This document shows, one piece after another, positions 1 to 9,762 of a stretch of 64,000 nucleotides of DNA. Numbering within the stretch: position 1 is the stretch's first letter; each line of letters opens with the position of its first letter. The stretch comes from Gemmatimonadales bacterium. Lineage in GTDB: Bacteria; Gemmatimonadota; Gemmatimonadetes; Gemmatimonadales; GWC2-71-9. Location: NCBI GenBank assembly GCA_037189525.1, contig JBBCJC010000003.1:32001-96000 (forward strand), read 5' to 3'. The notes under the pieces are model-generated. The model saw nothing but the letters and a program-made list of their open reading frames with translations, did no database searches and was not told where the DNA came from. Made by a program: the position numbers and the translations under genes.

Positions 1-1
1 T

Positions 2-958
2 CGCACGGTGGCGCGCGGCGAGCAGGCGCTCCTGCTGCTCAATCGGCGCGGGTTCGCCTCCTTTCTGCAGTGTTCGTCATGCGGCGATGTGGTTACCTGC
101 CCGCATTGCAGTATCTCACTCACGATGCACCGCCACCCGGCACGCCTCAGGTGCCACTACTGCGGCTACCACGCACCTCTCGAAGATGCGTGCCAAGCCT
201 GCGGTCATCCGGTCGTCCGGAGCCGAGGAGTCGGGACCCAGCAGGTCGAACAGGTCGTGGCCGAACGGGTGCCCGAGGCGCGCGTGGTGCGGATGGATCT
301 CGATACGACCGGCACCAAGTGGTCGCATCATCGGATTCTCGAACGGGTGGAGCAGGGCCAGGTCGATATCCTGGTTGGTACGCAGATGGTGGCCAAGGGG
401 ATCGACTTTCCCAACGTGACCCTGGTCGGTGTGGTCGATGCGGATGTCGGTCTGCATCTGCTCGACTTTCGCGCGGCCGAACGGACCTTTCAGCTGATTA
501 CGCAGGTGGCGGGTCGGGCGGGGCGGGGACCTAAGGGCGGGCGGGTGCTGGTCCAGACGCGGAATCCGGAGCACCCGGCGCTCCGGCTCGCGGCAGAGCA
601 CGACACCGAGGCCTTCTGGGCCATGGAGGGCGCGGCGCGCGAAGATCCGCCCTATCCTCCGACGGTTTCCCTGGTCAACATCATCGTCTCGGGGACCTCG
701 GAAGGCATGGTGTCCCGTACCTGCGCAGACGCCGCCGATTGGGTCGCGGCGCTGGTCGACCGCTTCCAGTTGCCGGTCCTCGTGCTGGGGCCTGCGCCGT
801 GTCCGATCGAGAAGGTCAAGGACCGCTTTCGCTGGCACGTCGTGCTCAAGGGACCCGACGGAGCGTTGGGGCGAATCGTCAGGTACGCATCGTCGCGGCT
901 GACGGGAACTGCCCAGGTCCGGATTGCCATCGATCGTGATCCGGTGTCGATGCTCTGA
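2..958 (+). CDS. priA: Primosomal protein N' (helicase), 5'-truncated by the window edge
   Basis: LNRRGF motif, four CxxC pairs, GTQMVAKGIDFPNVTLV and DFRAAERTFQLITQVAGRAGR motifs. Confidence 0.97.
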   Translation, partial: RTVARGEQALLLLNRRGFASFLQCSSCGDVVTCPHCSISLTMHRHPARLRCHYCGYHAPLEDACQACGHPVVRSRGVGTQQVEQVVAERVPEARVVRMDLDTTGTKWSHHRILERVEQGQVDILVGTQMVAKGIDFPNVTLVGVVDADVGLHLLDFRAAERTFQLITQVAGRAGRGPKGGRVLVQTRNPEHPALRLAAEHDTEAFWAMEGAAREDPPYPPTVSLVNIIVSGTSEGMVSRTCADAADWVAALVDRFQLPVLVLGPAPCPIEKVKDRFRWHVVLKGPDGALGRIVRYASSRLTGTAQVRIAIDRDPVSML

Positions 959-973
959 TGGGTCGGAAGCGGT

Positions 974-3073
974 TTAGCGGCGACCCAGCGACGCCTCCAT
1001 TCCCGCGTAGAACCAGCGTCCCGGCGCCGGCTCGTAGACACGCCCGCCGAAGCCGTTGACCGTTACCGAGGCCACGTAGCGGCGGTTCCAGAGGTTGGAC
1101 ACGCCGACGAAAGGCGCGATGCCCAATCCATTCGTGACGCCCGTTGCCGCGCGAAGCCGGATCGACGTAATTCCGAGCCCCCATCCATCCGCAGCAAGCG
1201 TATTCCGGTCGTCGGCGTAGATGCGGGAGGTGATCTGCTGGTCCCATTCGACCAGCAGCGGCCCTGCGCTGGCGGTCAGGACCCCGCGGAAGAGATGGCG
1301 CGGAATGCCCGGGACCAGATTGCCGTCCAACGGAAACTCGAGGGCGCCGTCGCGCAGCAGATAGCGGCTGAAGCGGGCGTCGGTATGGCTGTAGCTGATC
1401 TGTGTAGCAACCCATCGGGCCGGTTGCCAGCTGGCGCCGATTTCCACGCCGCGAATGGTCAGTCGGGCCGCGTTTTCGAAGTAGGCGCGGCCGTCCTGTT
1501 CGCGGGCCTGGACCAGGGCATCCCGCACGGTGGAGCGATAGACCGCGAGGTGCGCGGTCACCGCGCCATAGGTGCGCAGGCCGGCTTCGGTCGTCAGGGT
1601 GCGCTGGGGGCCCAGGTCCCGATTGAATCCAATGGTACCGTTGGCCTGATTGACCAGTTCCGTGGTGGTCGGCGTTTCGAAAGCGCTCGCCACGGTGGCA
1701 TATCCGACCAGGCCGGCCGATAGTGCGTAGCTGGCGCCGATGCTTCCGCTGAAGGCGCCCATCACGTTCTTGCCCGACTGGTCGACTCCGTCGGCGAGGT
1801 ACCGATCGGCGACGCGAAAGGCCACCCGGTCGTAGCGCGCCGCGGTCGAGACGGTCAATCCGGCAGCCGGCTCGAGGTGGAGGAGGAGATAGGGGCCGAG
1901 TTCCGTGGTCGTCTCGCGTTGATCGGCGACGACCGTATCTGTCGGAGCGCCGCCTCGGGAGCGCTGATTGGTGCGATCATCGCGCATCGATTGCAGGTCG
2001 ATGCCGAAGCCGAGCCGGGTCCCGCGTCCGTCGAGGGTTTGTTGACCGGAGAGACGGACCCCGCCGGCCACCCGGTCGATGGCGCTGAAGGTGCCGACGG
2101 TCGGGCCGGCCGGTCCTGGTGGCGCCGTAGCGAGCGGATTGGTCAGGTCACGGGCCAGGCCGAATATGGTCAGTTCCCCGCTGGTGCCGCGACCGTTTTC
2201 GTGCGTCAGGGTTATGCCCGCTTGGTGCTGCCGGACCGCCTTGTCGGCGCCGCGCAGGATGTTATTGCCGGCCGCGCTATCGCGGTTGGCGTGCAGTTCC
2301 GCGAGCGTCAGGGCGCCGGGATTTTGGGCTTCGGGGCTGTCGGCATAGTAGTAGCGCGCCTTGAGGAGCCAGCGCGCATCGAGGATCCGATTAGCGGCCA
2401 GGGTGAGTTGAGTGGCGTTGCTGGTGCTCTGTTGTCGCACCCCGCTCGATGCGTACCGGGCCACCGCTGCCGAGCCGCTCCAGCCGCCGTTGCTGCCAGC
2501 CATTTCGCCCGCCACTCGACTGGTGCCGAAGCTGCCGCCCCCTGCGCGAATCCGGCCCGACCAGCGCTCGGTGGGCAGGGCCGATTCGAACGCGACGACC
2601 CCGCCGCCGGCGTTGCCGTACATGGCCGACGCGGCGCCGAGCAGCACTTCGATCCGGTCGACCAGTCCCAGGTCGAGATTCGACAGCTGGGTTTGGCCGT
2701 CGGGCAGGGTGAGTGGGATGCCGTCGAGGAGGACTTTGACGCCGCGGACCCCGAAATTGGCCCGCGCACCGGCTCCCCGAATGGCCAGCCGCTGATCCAG
2801 CGAAGGATTGAACCGGTTGGCCACGTAGAGGCCGGGTACCCGGCCCAGGACCTCGTCGAGCCCGTTCTGCAACTGGGTACCGCGGAGCGTGGCGCTGTCC
2901 ACCACGACCACGGTGGCCGGGACATAGAGCGACCGCTCGGCGGTCCGGGTGACCCGTACCTCGACCGGGGCGAGCCGGGCGGGGCGCAGCGTGTCGGCGG
3001 CGGCCGGCGGGGGCTGCATCTCGAATGACCCCGCCAGCGCGAGGCCCAGCAGGAAAGCGGTGTGACCGACCAT
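974..3073 (-). CDS. TonB-dependent receptor (YncD-like)
   Basis: Signal peptide; plug motif IRGAGARANFGVRGVKVLLDGIP; C-terminal NLWNRRY...YEPAPGR. Confidence 0.92.
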   Translation of the reverse strand: MVGHTAFLLGLALAGSFEMQPPPAAADTLRPARLAPVEVRVTRTAERSLYVPATVVVVDSATLRGTQLQNGLDEVLGRVPGLYVANRFNPSLDQRLAIRGAGARANFGVRGVKVLLDGIPLTLPDGQTQLSNLDLGLVDRIEVLLGAASAMYGNAGGGVVAFESALPTERWSGRIRAGGGSFGTSRVAGEMAGSNGGWSGSAAVARYASSGVRQQSTSNATQLTLAANRILDARWLLKARYYYADSPEAQNPGALTLAELHANRDSAAGNNILRGADKAVRQHQAGITLTHENGRGTSGELTIFGLARDLTNPLATAPPGPAGPTVGTFSAIDRVAGGVRLSGQQTLDGRGTRLGFGIDLQSMRDDRTNQRSRGGAPTDTVVADQRETTTELGPYLLLHLEPAAGLTVSTAARYDRVAFRVADRYLADGVDQSGKNVMGAFSGSIGASYALSAGLVGYATVASAFETPTTTELVNQANGTIGFNRDLGPQRTLTTEAGLRTYGAVTAHLAVYRSTVRDALVQAREQDGRAYFENAARLTIRGVEIGASWQPARWVATQISYSHTDARFSRYLLRDGALEFPLDGNLVPGIPRHLFRGVLTASAGPLLVEWDQQITSRIYADDRNTLAADGWGLGITSIRLRAATGVTNGLGIAPFVGVSNLWNRRYVASVTVNGFGGRVYEPAPGRWFYAGMEASLGRR

Positions 3074-3214
3074 GCGGCAAAAAATAGCGTGCTTGATACG
3101 GGGTCGGGGGAGGGCCTATTTTCTCCCGATGGAATACCCCGGGTACTCGCCCGCCTTTCGCGTGGTCGAGCAGGTTACGACCCGCGCGCTCGTCCTCGAA
3201 TGATCAGTGGGAAC

Positions 3215-3622
3215 ATGGCTCCTGGTGTGACTCCAACCGGCCCTGGTGTCGGCGAAGGCTGGACCCGGCTGGTGGATGCAATTCGTCTTGTGCTGCCGGT
3301 CGCGGAACTCGATGGTCTGTGGGTCTTTCGGACCATTCGCCACCAGCAGCGGGATTTCGGCACGGCAATCCTGTCTCGAATCGACGGCGACCGGCGCCGG
3401 ATCTATACCGCCCGGTACGTCCTGACGGTAAAGGGTAAGACCCGCGGACAGTTCGAGTCCGCCATCGAGGAGGTCGGGAGCGGGCCGATCGAGGCACTGG
3501 CCGAGCTTCTGGCGCTGGTACCGAAGCGCTCGGACGACGAGGAGCCGCCGACTGCGATCCCCCTCGAACAGTGGTTCCCGCCGGCTCCGGAGGAGGTCGA
3601 GGCCGTTGCTGACGCGAGCTGA
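3215..3622 (+). CDS. Hypothetical protein, first gene of the fur-ccdA operon (start uncertain)
   Basis: Coding-like ORF whose stop overlaps the fur start. Confidence 0.7.
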   Translation: MAPGVTPTGPGVGEGWTRLVDAIRLVLPVAELDGLWVFRTIRHQQRDFGTAILSRIDGDRRRIYTARYVLTVKGKTRGQFESAIEEVGSGPIEALAELLALVPKRSDDEEPPTAIPLEQWFPPAPEEVEAVADAS

Positions 3623-4088
3623 AAGCAGCGCGTTGGTCGAGCGATTCCGCCGCTACCTGCGCGATCGCCGGTTACCGGTTACCCGTCAACGGGTCACCGT
3701 GGCGGAAGTCCTGCTGTCGAGCGACGACCACCCGTCGGTCGAGCTCTTGCGCCGCCGTCTGGTCGAGCGCGGCGAGCACGTCGGGATGGCCACACTCTAT
3801 CGGACCGTCGATGCCCTGGTCAAAAGCGGCCTGGTGCGGGAACGGGACTTCGGCGAGGGCTACAAGCGCTACGAACCTGCCCGCGAAGCAAACGAGCATG
3901 CCCACCTGGTGTGCCGGCGATGCGGCGCGGTGGTCGAGTTCAGCAATGAGCGGCTCGAGCGCATGCTGCGCATCACGGCCGACGAACATCACTTTCAGTA
4001 TGAACGCCATCGGGTCGAAATCCATGGCGTGTGCGAACAGTGCCGGAGCGGTGACCTGGGCGGACTGGGCGGGTTTCCCGGACGATGA
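3606..4088 (+). CDS. Fur family transcriptional regulator
   Basis: TRQR, HPSVE, ATLYRT, HAHLVCRRC and HGVCEQC motifs; TTG start. Confidence 0.95.
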   Translation: MLTRAESSALVERFRRYLRDRRLPVTRQRVTVAEVLLSSDDHPSVELLRRRLVERGEHVGMATLYRTVDALVKSGLVRERDFGEGYKRYEPAREANEHAHLVCRRCGAVVEFSNERLERMLRITADEHHFQYERHRVEIHGVCEQCRSGDLGGLGGFPGR

Positions 4089-4816
4089 CCGAATCCTCCG
4101 GCAGCCTGGGCCCCCTGGTCGCGTTCTTCGGGGGGATCCTCAGTTTCCTCTCCCCCTGCGTGCTCCCGCTGGTGCCGTCGTATCTCGGCTTCATCACCGG
4201 CTTCACGCTCGAGGAAATCGGGAAACGCCGCCGCCTGGCGATGATCCACGCGACGCTGTTCGTGATCGGGTTCTCGCTCATCTTCGTGCTGCTCGGCGCC
4301 AGTGCCACGGCGCTTGGTGCGTCGCTCCGGATCTACAAAGACGTCATCATGCGGGCGGGCGGCGTGCTCATCATTCTGTTCGGGCTCTATTGCCTGGGCG
4401 TGATCAAGCTCGGCTTCCTGTCCCAGGAACATCGGGTCCACCTCGACCGGAAGCCGGTCGGATTTTTGGGCTCCGTGCTGGTCGGTATGGCGTTCGGGGC
4501 GGGGTGGAGTCCCTGCATCGGACCGATTCTGGGTGGGATTCTGAGCCTGGCGGCCACCGAGGCCGATCTGGGGCGCGGTGTCTGGCTCCTGGTCGCCTAT
4601 TCCGCGGGCCTGGCGGTGCCGTTCCTCGTCGCGGCCTACACGGTCGAGTCCTTTCTCGACTGGTTCAAACGCTTCCGGCGCCATCTGCACCTGGTGCAGC
4701 GGATCAGCGGCGCCCTGCTCGTCGTGGTCGGCCTGCTGATCGCCTCGGGTCAGTTCACCCGCCTGGCGGGCTATCTGCAGCGCCTAACCCCGGATTTCCT
4801 GCTGCGGTTCATGTAG
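4085..4816 (+). CDS. ccdA: Cytochrome c biogenesis protein CcdA
   Basis: SFLSPCVLPLVP and GWSPCIGPIL redox motifs; multiple TM helices; ATGA overlap. Confidence 0.93.
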   Translation: MTESSGSLGPLVAFFGGILSFLSPCVLPLVPSYLGFITGFTLEEIGKRRRLAMIHATLFVIGFSLIFVLLGASATALGASLRIYKDVIMRAGGVLIILFGLYCLGVIKLGFLSQEHRVHLDRKPVGFLGSVLVGMAFGAGWSPCIGPILGGILSLAATEADLGRGVWLLVAYSAGLAVPFLVAAYTVESFLDWFKRFRRHLHLVQRISGALLVVVGLLIASGQFTRLAGYLQRLTPDFLLRFM

Positions 4817-5033
4817 CTCCCAATCGGTCATCCGGAGCCGGCAGGTAACGGAGTGGCCTATATTCCGGCGTTGGCGTGCGATCGTCCCGGGCTTGGGCGT
4901 CTCCATAGGCATCATCAGCGCAACCCGGGGACGCCGCCGGTTCGAAGGACACGCCCCGCGAGTTGGCGAGGCTGGGTCGCCGGAGCGCTCGGCGTATAGC
5001 GATACGACAGGTTGATTCATTACGGAGGGACGG

Positions 5034-5861
5034 ATGAGAGCCAAAGAGATTGTCGGAACAGCGTTGCTCGTACTGATTGCAGCCTGCGGAAAGGGCGACC
5101 AGGCCAACCAGCAGGAGCCGGGTCGGGATCTCTCCCTGGCCCCGGTCGATTCCACGGCGGTCCTCGATGACACGCCCCGGCCCGAAACGGAGACGCCGCC
5201 CCCCGCGCCGGCGCCTACGCCCGCACCGGCTCCCGCGCCGTCACGTCCGGCTCCTCGGCCGGCGCCCCCGGCGGCTCAGCCTGCTCCGGCTCCCGCGCCG
5301 GCTCCTGCTCCGGCTCCTGCGGCGCCGGCCACCCGGAGCGTCGCGTCCGGCACCAATGTGGCGCTGACCTCGGCGGTCGAGTTCTCGAGCAAGACCCACA
5401 AGGTTGGACAGACCGTGACGGCCAACGTTCCGAATGACGTGACGGACGATGCCGGCCGGGTGGTCATTCCGGCTGGCGCCACGGTGACCCTCGTGATCTC
5501 CGAGTTGACCGTTTCCGAGAACAAATCGGATTCGGGCAAAGTGTCGCTCCGCGCCACGCAGGTGGCATTCGGTGGCGAGACCTACGAGATCGATGGCGTG
5601 ACGACCAGCGTTGCCTACGAACTCAAAGGCCGGGGTGTCCAGGCCGGTGATGCGGCCAAGGTCGGTGCCGGTGCCGCAGCCGGCGCCATCGTCGGCCGGG
5701 TCATCGGCGGGAACAAGAAGGGCACCATCGTCGGCGGCGTCATCGGCGCCGCGGCCGGCACTGCCGTGGCCGCCAACTCGGCCGATCGCGATATCGTCGT
5801 GGCCAGCGGGGCCCGGATCGCGCTCCGGCTGCGAAGCGCGTTCGAGACAAAGGCGAGCTGA
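5034..5861 (+). CDS. Lipoprotein with Pro/Ala linker and C-terminal glycine zipper
   Basis: GGAGG RBS, lipobox LIAAC, PAPAP tract, GAAAGAIVG...GAAAGTAVA. Confidence 0.85.
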   Translation: MRAKEIVGTALLVLIAACGKGDQANQQEPGRDLSLAPVDSTAVLDDTPRPETETPPPAPAPTPAPAPAPSRPAPRPAPPAAQPAPAPAPAPAPAPAAPATRSVASGTNVALTSAVEFSSKTHKVGQTVTANVPNDVTDDAGRVVIPAGATVTLVISELTVSENKSDSGKVSLRATQVAFGGETYEIDGVTTSVAYELKGRGVQAGDAAKVGAGAAAGAIVGRVIGGNKKGTIVGGVIGAAAGTAVAANSADRDIVVASGARIALRLRSAFETKAS

Positions 5862-5883
5862 CCGACAGCTGCTGAGAAAAAAG

Positions 5884-5917
5884 AACGGGGCAGGCGTCGA
5901 TTGGCGCCTGCCCCGTT
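5884..5917. terminator. Bidirectional intrinsic terminator
   Basis: AACGGGGCAGGCG / CGCCTGCCCCGTT stem with A-run before and T-run after, between convergent genes. Confidence 0.85.
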
Positions 5918-5936
5918 TTCGTTGCTCGACCCTGCG

Positions 5937-7661
5937 TCAGTAGCCGGCGCCACCTCCGCCGCGCCGCGGATCGCTGGCCCCGAGCCAGCCGGTCGGGGTC
6001 CGAATGATGGCCTCGACGTCACCCATGTAATTCCGGAAGGTGACCTTGTGCCCCATCCGCTCGAGCTCGGCAATGGTCTCGGCCCGGAAGCCGCCCCGCT
6101 CGAGCGCGATCTGGTCCGGCAGCGACTGGTGATGCAGACGCGGCATCGAGAGCGCGGTCGGTAGATCCATCTTGTGGTCGATCACGTTGGAAATGACGTG
6201 GAAGACCTGGGTGATGATGGTCGGGCCGCCCGGCGTACCCACCACCATCAGCAGCTTCCCTTCGCGGTCGAGCACGACACTCGGCGTCATGGCCGAGAGC
6301 ATGCGCTTGCCGGGCACGATGGCGTTGGCCTCGCCCTGGACCAGGCCGTAGCCGTTAGGCTTGCCGGGCGCCGTGGTGAAATCGTCCATCTCGTTGTTGA
6401 GCAGGAAGCCTGCGCCGGTCACGGTAACCGCGCTTCCGAAGCTGCCGTTGAGCGTCGTCGTGGTGCTGACCGCGTTGCCATCCTGATCGACGACCGAATA
6501 GTGCGTCGTCTGCAGCGACTCGTCGGCCACCGGCGTCAGGTCCGTCGTGGGCGTGGCGCGCTCCAGGTTGATCTCCGCGCGGCGGCTGGCCGCGTGGTCC
6601 TTGCTCGTCATTCGGGCAATCGGATTCTGGACGAAATCGGGATCGCCCAACGAGGCGTTGCGCTCGGCAAAGGCGCGGCGCATGGCCTCCGCCTGGCGAT
6701 GCAGCAGCTCGGGCGAACCAAACGGCGGCAGCGGATCGAACCCTTCCAGGATGTTGAGAATCAGCGCCAGGGTGACGCCGCCGGATGAGGCCGGGGGCAT
6801 CGAATAGATGGTGTGGCCGCGATACTGGAACGACAGCGGGTCGCGCCACTTGGCCTCATAGGCTGCCAGGTCTTCCTTCGTGATCAGCCCGCCCCCTCGG
6901 CGCATTTCCGCGACGATCAGGTCGGCCACGGGGCCGGCATAGAAGCCCGCGGGACCGCCGGTCTGGATGGCGGTCAGGGTCTTGGCCAGATCGGGCTGCT
7001 TCCAGGTCGTGCCGGGCTGCGGCGGCCGTCCTCCCGGGAGATACTGTGCGGCGGATGCCTTGAAGCGGACCAAGCGGCTCGAATCGCTCCCGATGGTGCG
7101 CGACCGATACTCGTCGACCAGGAATCCGTCGGCGGCGAGTCGGATGGCCGGCGCCACGATATCGGCCCAGGGCAGTTTGCCGAAGCGCTTGTGGGCCTCC
7201 GCCAGGCCGGCAACCGCGCCCGGCACACCGGCGGCGAGATGACCGGTCCAACTGGCGCGAGTCGGATTGCCGTCCGGGCCGACGTACATATTGCGGGTGG
7301 CCTTGGCCGGCGCCTTTTCACGGTAGTCGAGCGAGTGGACGCTGCCATCGGCGAGCCGGATGACCATGAACCCGCCACCGCCGATGTTGCCGGCCTCCGG
7401 ATGCACCACCTGGAGCGCGAACCCGACGGCGACAGCGGCATCGATCGCATTGCCGCCCTGCTGCAGGATGGCCTTACCGACATCACTGGCGATCGGATTT
7501 CCGGACACGACCACTGCGCGGCTGCCTTCGGTGATCCGGGCGCTGTCGCGGAGTGCCCAGGTGGAATCGATCGCGGGCGCCGCCGGCGTGGCGGATTGTC
7601 CGGGGAGCTGGCATGCCTGAACCAGCGCCGCGGCGATGAGAATCGTCACGAAACGCGTCAC
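5937..7661 (-). CDS. ggt: Gamma-glutamyltransferase
   Basis: GGNAIDAAVA, DYREKAP, autocatalytic TTHYSVVD, LNNEMDDF, GASDPR. Confidence 0.97.
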   Translation of the reverse strand: MTRFVTILIAAALVQACQLPGQSATPAAPAIDSTWALRDSARITEGSRAVVVSGNPIASDVGKAILQQGGNAIDAAVAVGFALQVVHPEAGNIGGGGFMVIRLADGSVHSLDYREKAPAKATRNMYVGPDGNPTRASWTGHLAAGVPGAVAGLAEAHKRFGKLPWADIVAPAIRLAADGFLVDEYRSRTIGSDSSRLVRFKASAAQYLPGGRPPQPGTTWKQPDLAKTLTAIQTGGPAGFYAGPVADLIVAEMRRGGGLITKEDLAAYEAKWRDPLSFQYRGHTIYSMPPASSGGVTLALILNILEGFDPLPPFGSPELLHRQAEAMRRAFAERNASLGDPDFVQNPIARMTSKDHAASRRAEINLERATPTTDLTPVADESLQTTHYSVVDQDGNAVSTTTTLNGSFGSAVTVTGAGFLLNNEMDDFTTAPGKPNGYGLVQGEANAIVPGKRMLSAMTPSVVLDREGKLLMVVGTPGGPTIITQVFHVISNVIDHKMDLPTALSMPRLHHQSLPDQIALERGGFRAETIAELERMGHKVTFRNYMGDVEAIIRTPTGWLGASDPRRGGGGAGY

Positions 7662-7735
7662 GGGAGGCCCTTTCGAGAGTTGCCTAAGTCCGGCTCAACC
7701 CGACAAAATTAACCTGACTTCACTTGGGATTCCTC

Positions 7736-8659
7736 ATGGCCGATGGCCAGCAGTTGCGGTTGACCGAGCGGCGGAACCCGCGCAGCATCGATATCGACAC
7801 TGCCGATCCGCTCGCACTGGTCGATCTGATCAATGCGGAAGATGCGACGATTCCGGCTCTGGTGGCCGGCGCGCGTCAGGAAATTGCCAGAACGGTCGAG
7901 CTGATCGAAGCCTCATTCCGGGCCGGTGGACGGCTGTTGTATGTCGGAGCGGGCACCAGCGGCCGGCTGGGCGTGCTCGACGCCTCGGAGTGCCCGCCCA
8001 CTTTCGGAGTTCCGCCCGAGATGGTCGTCGGCATCATCGCGGGCGGCCCTTCGGCGCTGACGCGCTCCGCCGAGGGGGCGGAGGACGATGCCGATGCCGG
8101 AGCGCTCATCATCGATGAGCACGGCGTCGGCCCGGCAGATACGGTGGTCGGGATCGCAGCAAGCGGAGGCACGCCCTACGTCCGCGGCGCGCTGACCCGC
8201 GCCCGCGCGCTCGGCGCGCGAACCGCGATGGTGGCCTGTGCGGACCTGCCGGAAGCGGTCGTGGCCGTCTGCGATGTGACGATCGTGGTGCGGACTGGTC
8301 CGGAGGTCGTCACCGGGTCTACCCGGATGAAAGCCGGCACCGCGACCAAGCTGATCCTCAATACGCTGACGACCGCGGCGATGATTCGGCTCGGGAAGAC
8401 CTATGGGAATCTGATGGTCGATCTGCAGGCCTGGAACAGCAAGCTGGTGGACCGGAGCGAACGGATCGTGATGGAAGTGACCGGGGTGGCGCGCGGCGAA
8501 GCCCGTCGCGCCATCGACGATGCCGGCGGCAGTGTCCGTGCCGCAATCGTGATGGCCCGGACTGGTGCTACCTATGCCGAGGCCTTGGCCCGGCTCGCCG
8601 ATGTCGACAACCGGGTCCGCGAACTGATCGGACCGCCCCCACCTGTGAGGGATGCATGA
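7736..8659 (+). CDS. murQ: N-acetylmuramic acid 6-phosphate etherase
   Basis: TERRNP, GAGTSGRLGVLDASECPPTF, GPEVVTGSTRMKAGTA. Confidence 0.97.
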   Translation: MADGQQLRLTERRNPRSIDIDTADPLALVDLINAEDATIPALVAGARQEIARTVELIEASFRAGGRLLYVGAGTSGRLGVLDASECPPTFGVPPEMVVGIIAGGPSALTRSAEGAEDDADAGALIIDEHGVGPADTVVGIAASGGTPYVRGALTRARALGARTAMVACADLPEAVVAVCDVTIVVRTGPEVVTGSTRMKAGTATKLILNTLTTAAMIRLGKTYGNLMVDLQAWNSKLVDRSERIVMEVTGVARGEARRAIDDAGGSVRAAIVMARTGATYAEALARLADVDNRVRELIGPPPPVRDA

Positions 8660-9762
8660 CCGAACGACCCACGCTCGCCGTCGGCCTGATGTCGGGCACC
8701 TCGCTGGACGGGATGGACGCGGCCCTGGTCCGCTTCAGCAGTCCGACCCGCGCCGAGCTGGTGGCCTTTGCGCACCTGCCGTATACGGCCGAGTATCGGC
8801 GTCAGCTCGAACACGGCATCTCGGCCGGTACCACCCGCGAGCTGGCGCTGCTCCATGCGGCCATCGGGACCTGGGCCGTCGAAGCCGTCCAGCAGGTGCT
8901 GGCGCTCGCGCATTGTAAAGCAAGCGACCTCGATTTCATCGCCTTCCATGGGCAATCCATCTGGCACGAGCCGCCGGCGGTGACCTGGCAGCTGGGCGAA
9001 CCGGCGCTGCTCGCCGAGGCGTTCGGGGTCCGGGTGGTCAGCAACTTCCGGACGCGGGACGTCGCGGCAGGCGGGCAGGGAGCGCCGCTGGTCCCGATAG
9101 CCGACGTGCTTCTCTTCGGCGGCGAGCAGCCGAGAGTGCTGCTCAATATCGGCGGCATGGCCAACCTGACCTACGTGGCGCACCGGGCCGTCGAGGAAGG
9201 AGCCTTTGCGTTCGACACCGGACCGGGTGTGGCGCTGATCGACGCCGTCGCGCGTCGAGTCGATCCGAGCCTGCCGTACGATGTCGATGGCGGGCTGGCG
9301 GCGCGGGGCGCGGTCGATGAAGCGCTGCTTGCCACGCTGCTGGCGGATCCGTTCTTTGCCGCGGCGCCGCCCAAGAGCACCGGGCGGGAGTTGTTCGGTA
9401 GCGAGTATGCCCGCCGCATCCATGACGCGCGCCCCGGACCGGATGGCGTCGCCACGGCGGTGGCGCTCACCGCCCGGAGCATCGCGGGCGCGGTGGCGCG
9501 CTGGGTTCCCGCGGCCCAGGAAGTGGTGGCCTCGGGCGGCGGGTGTCATCATCCCGGCCTGTTTACCGCACTGGAGCAGCTGCTTGCTGCGGATGGGCGC
9601 CGGCTGCTTCGGTTCGATTCGCTCTTTTTCTCGGGCGATGCCAAGGAAGCGGTGGCCTTTGCCCTGCTCGGCTATCTGACCATTCACGGCCAGCCGGGGA
9701 ACCTTCCGCGCGCCACCGGAGCGCGAGGCTCCCGCGTGCTGGGGATGGTGACACCCGCATGA
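8656..9762 (+). CDS. anmK: Anhydro-N-acetylmuramic acid kinase
   Basis: GLMSGTSLDG, GGQGAPLVP, LNIGGMAN, FDTGPG, PPKSTGRE. Confidence 0.97.
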   Translation: MTERPTLAVGLMSGTSLDGMDAALVRFSSPTRAELVAFAHLPYTAEYRRQLEHGISAGTTRELALLHAAIGTWAVEAVQQVLALAHCKASDLDFIAFHGQSIWHEPPAVTWQLGEPALLAEAFGVRVVSNFRTRDVAAGGQGAPLVPIADVLLFGGEQPRVLLNIGGMANLTYVAHRAVEEGAFAFDTGPGVALIDAVARRVDPSLPYDVDGGLAARGAVDEALLATLLADPFFAAAPPKSTGRELFGSEYARRIHDARPGPDGVATAVALTARSIAGAVARWVPAAQEVVASGGGCHHPGLFTALEQLLAADGRRLLRFDSLFFSGDAKEAVAFALLGYLTIHGQPGNLPRATGARGSRVLGMVTPA

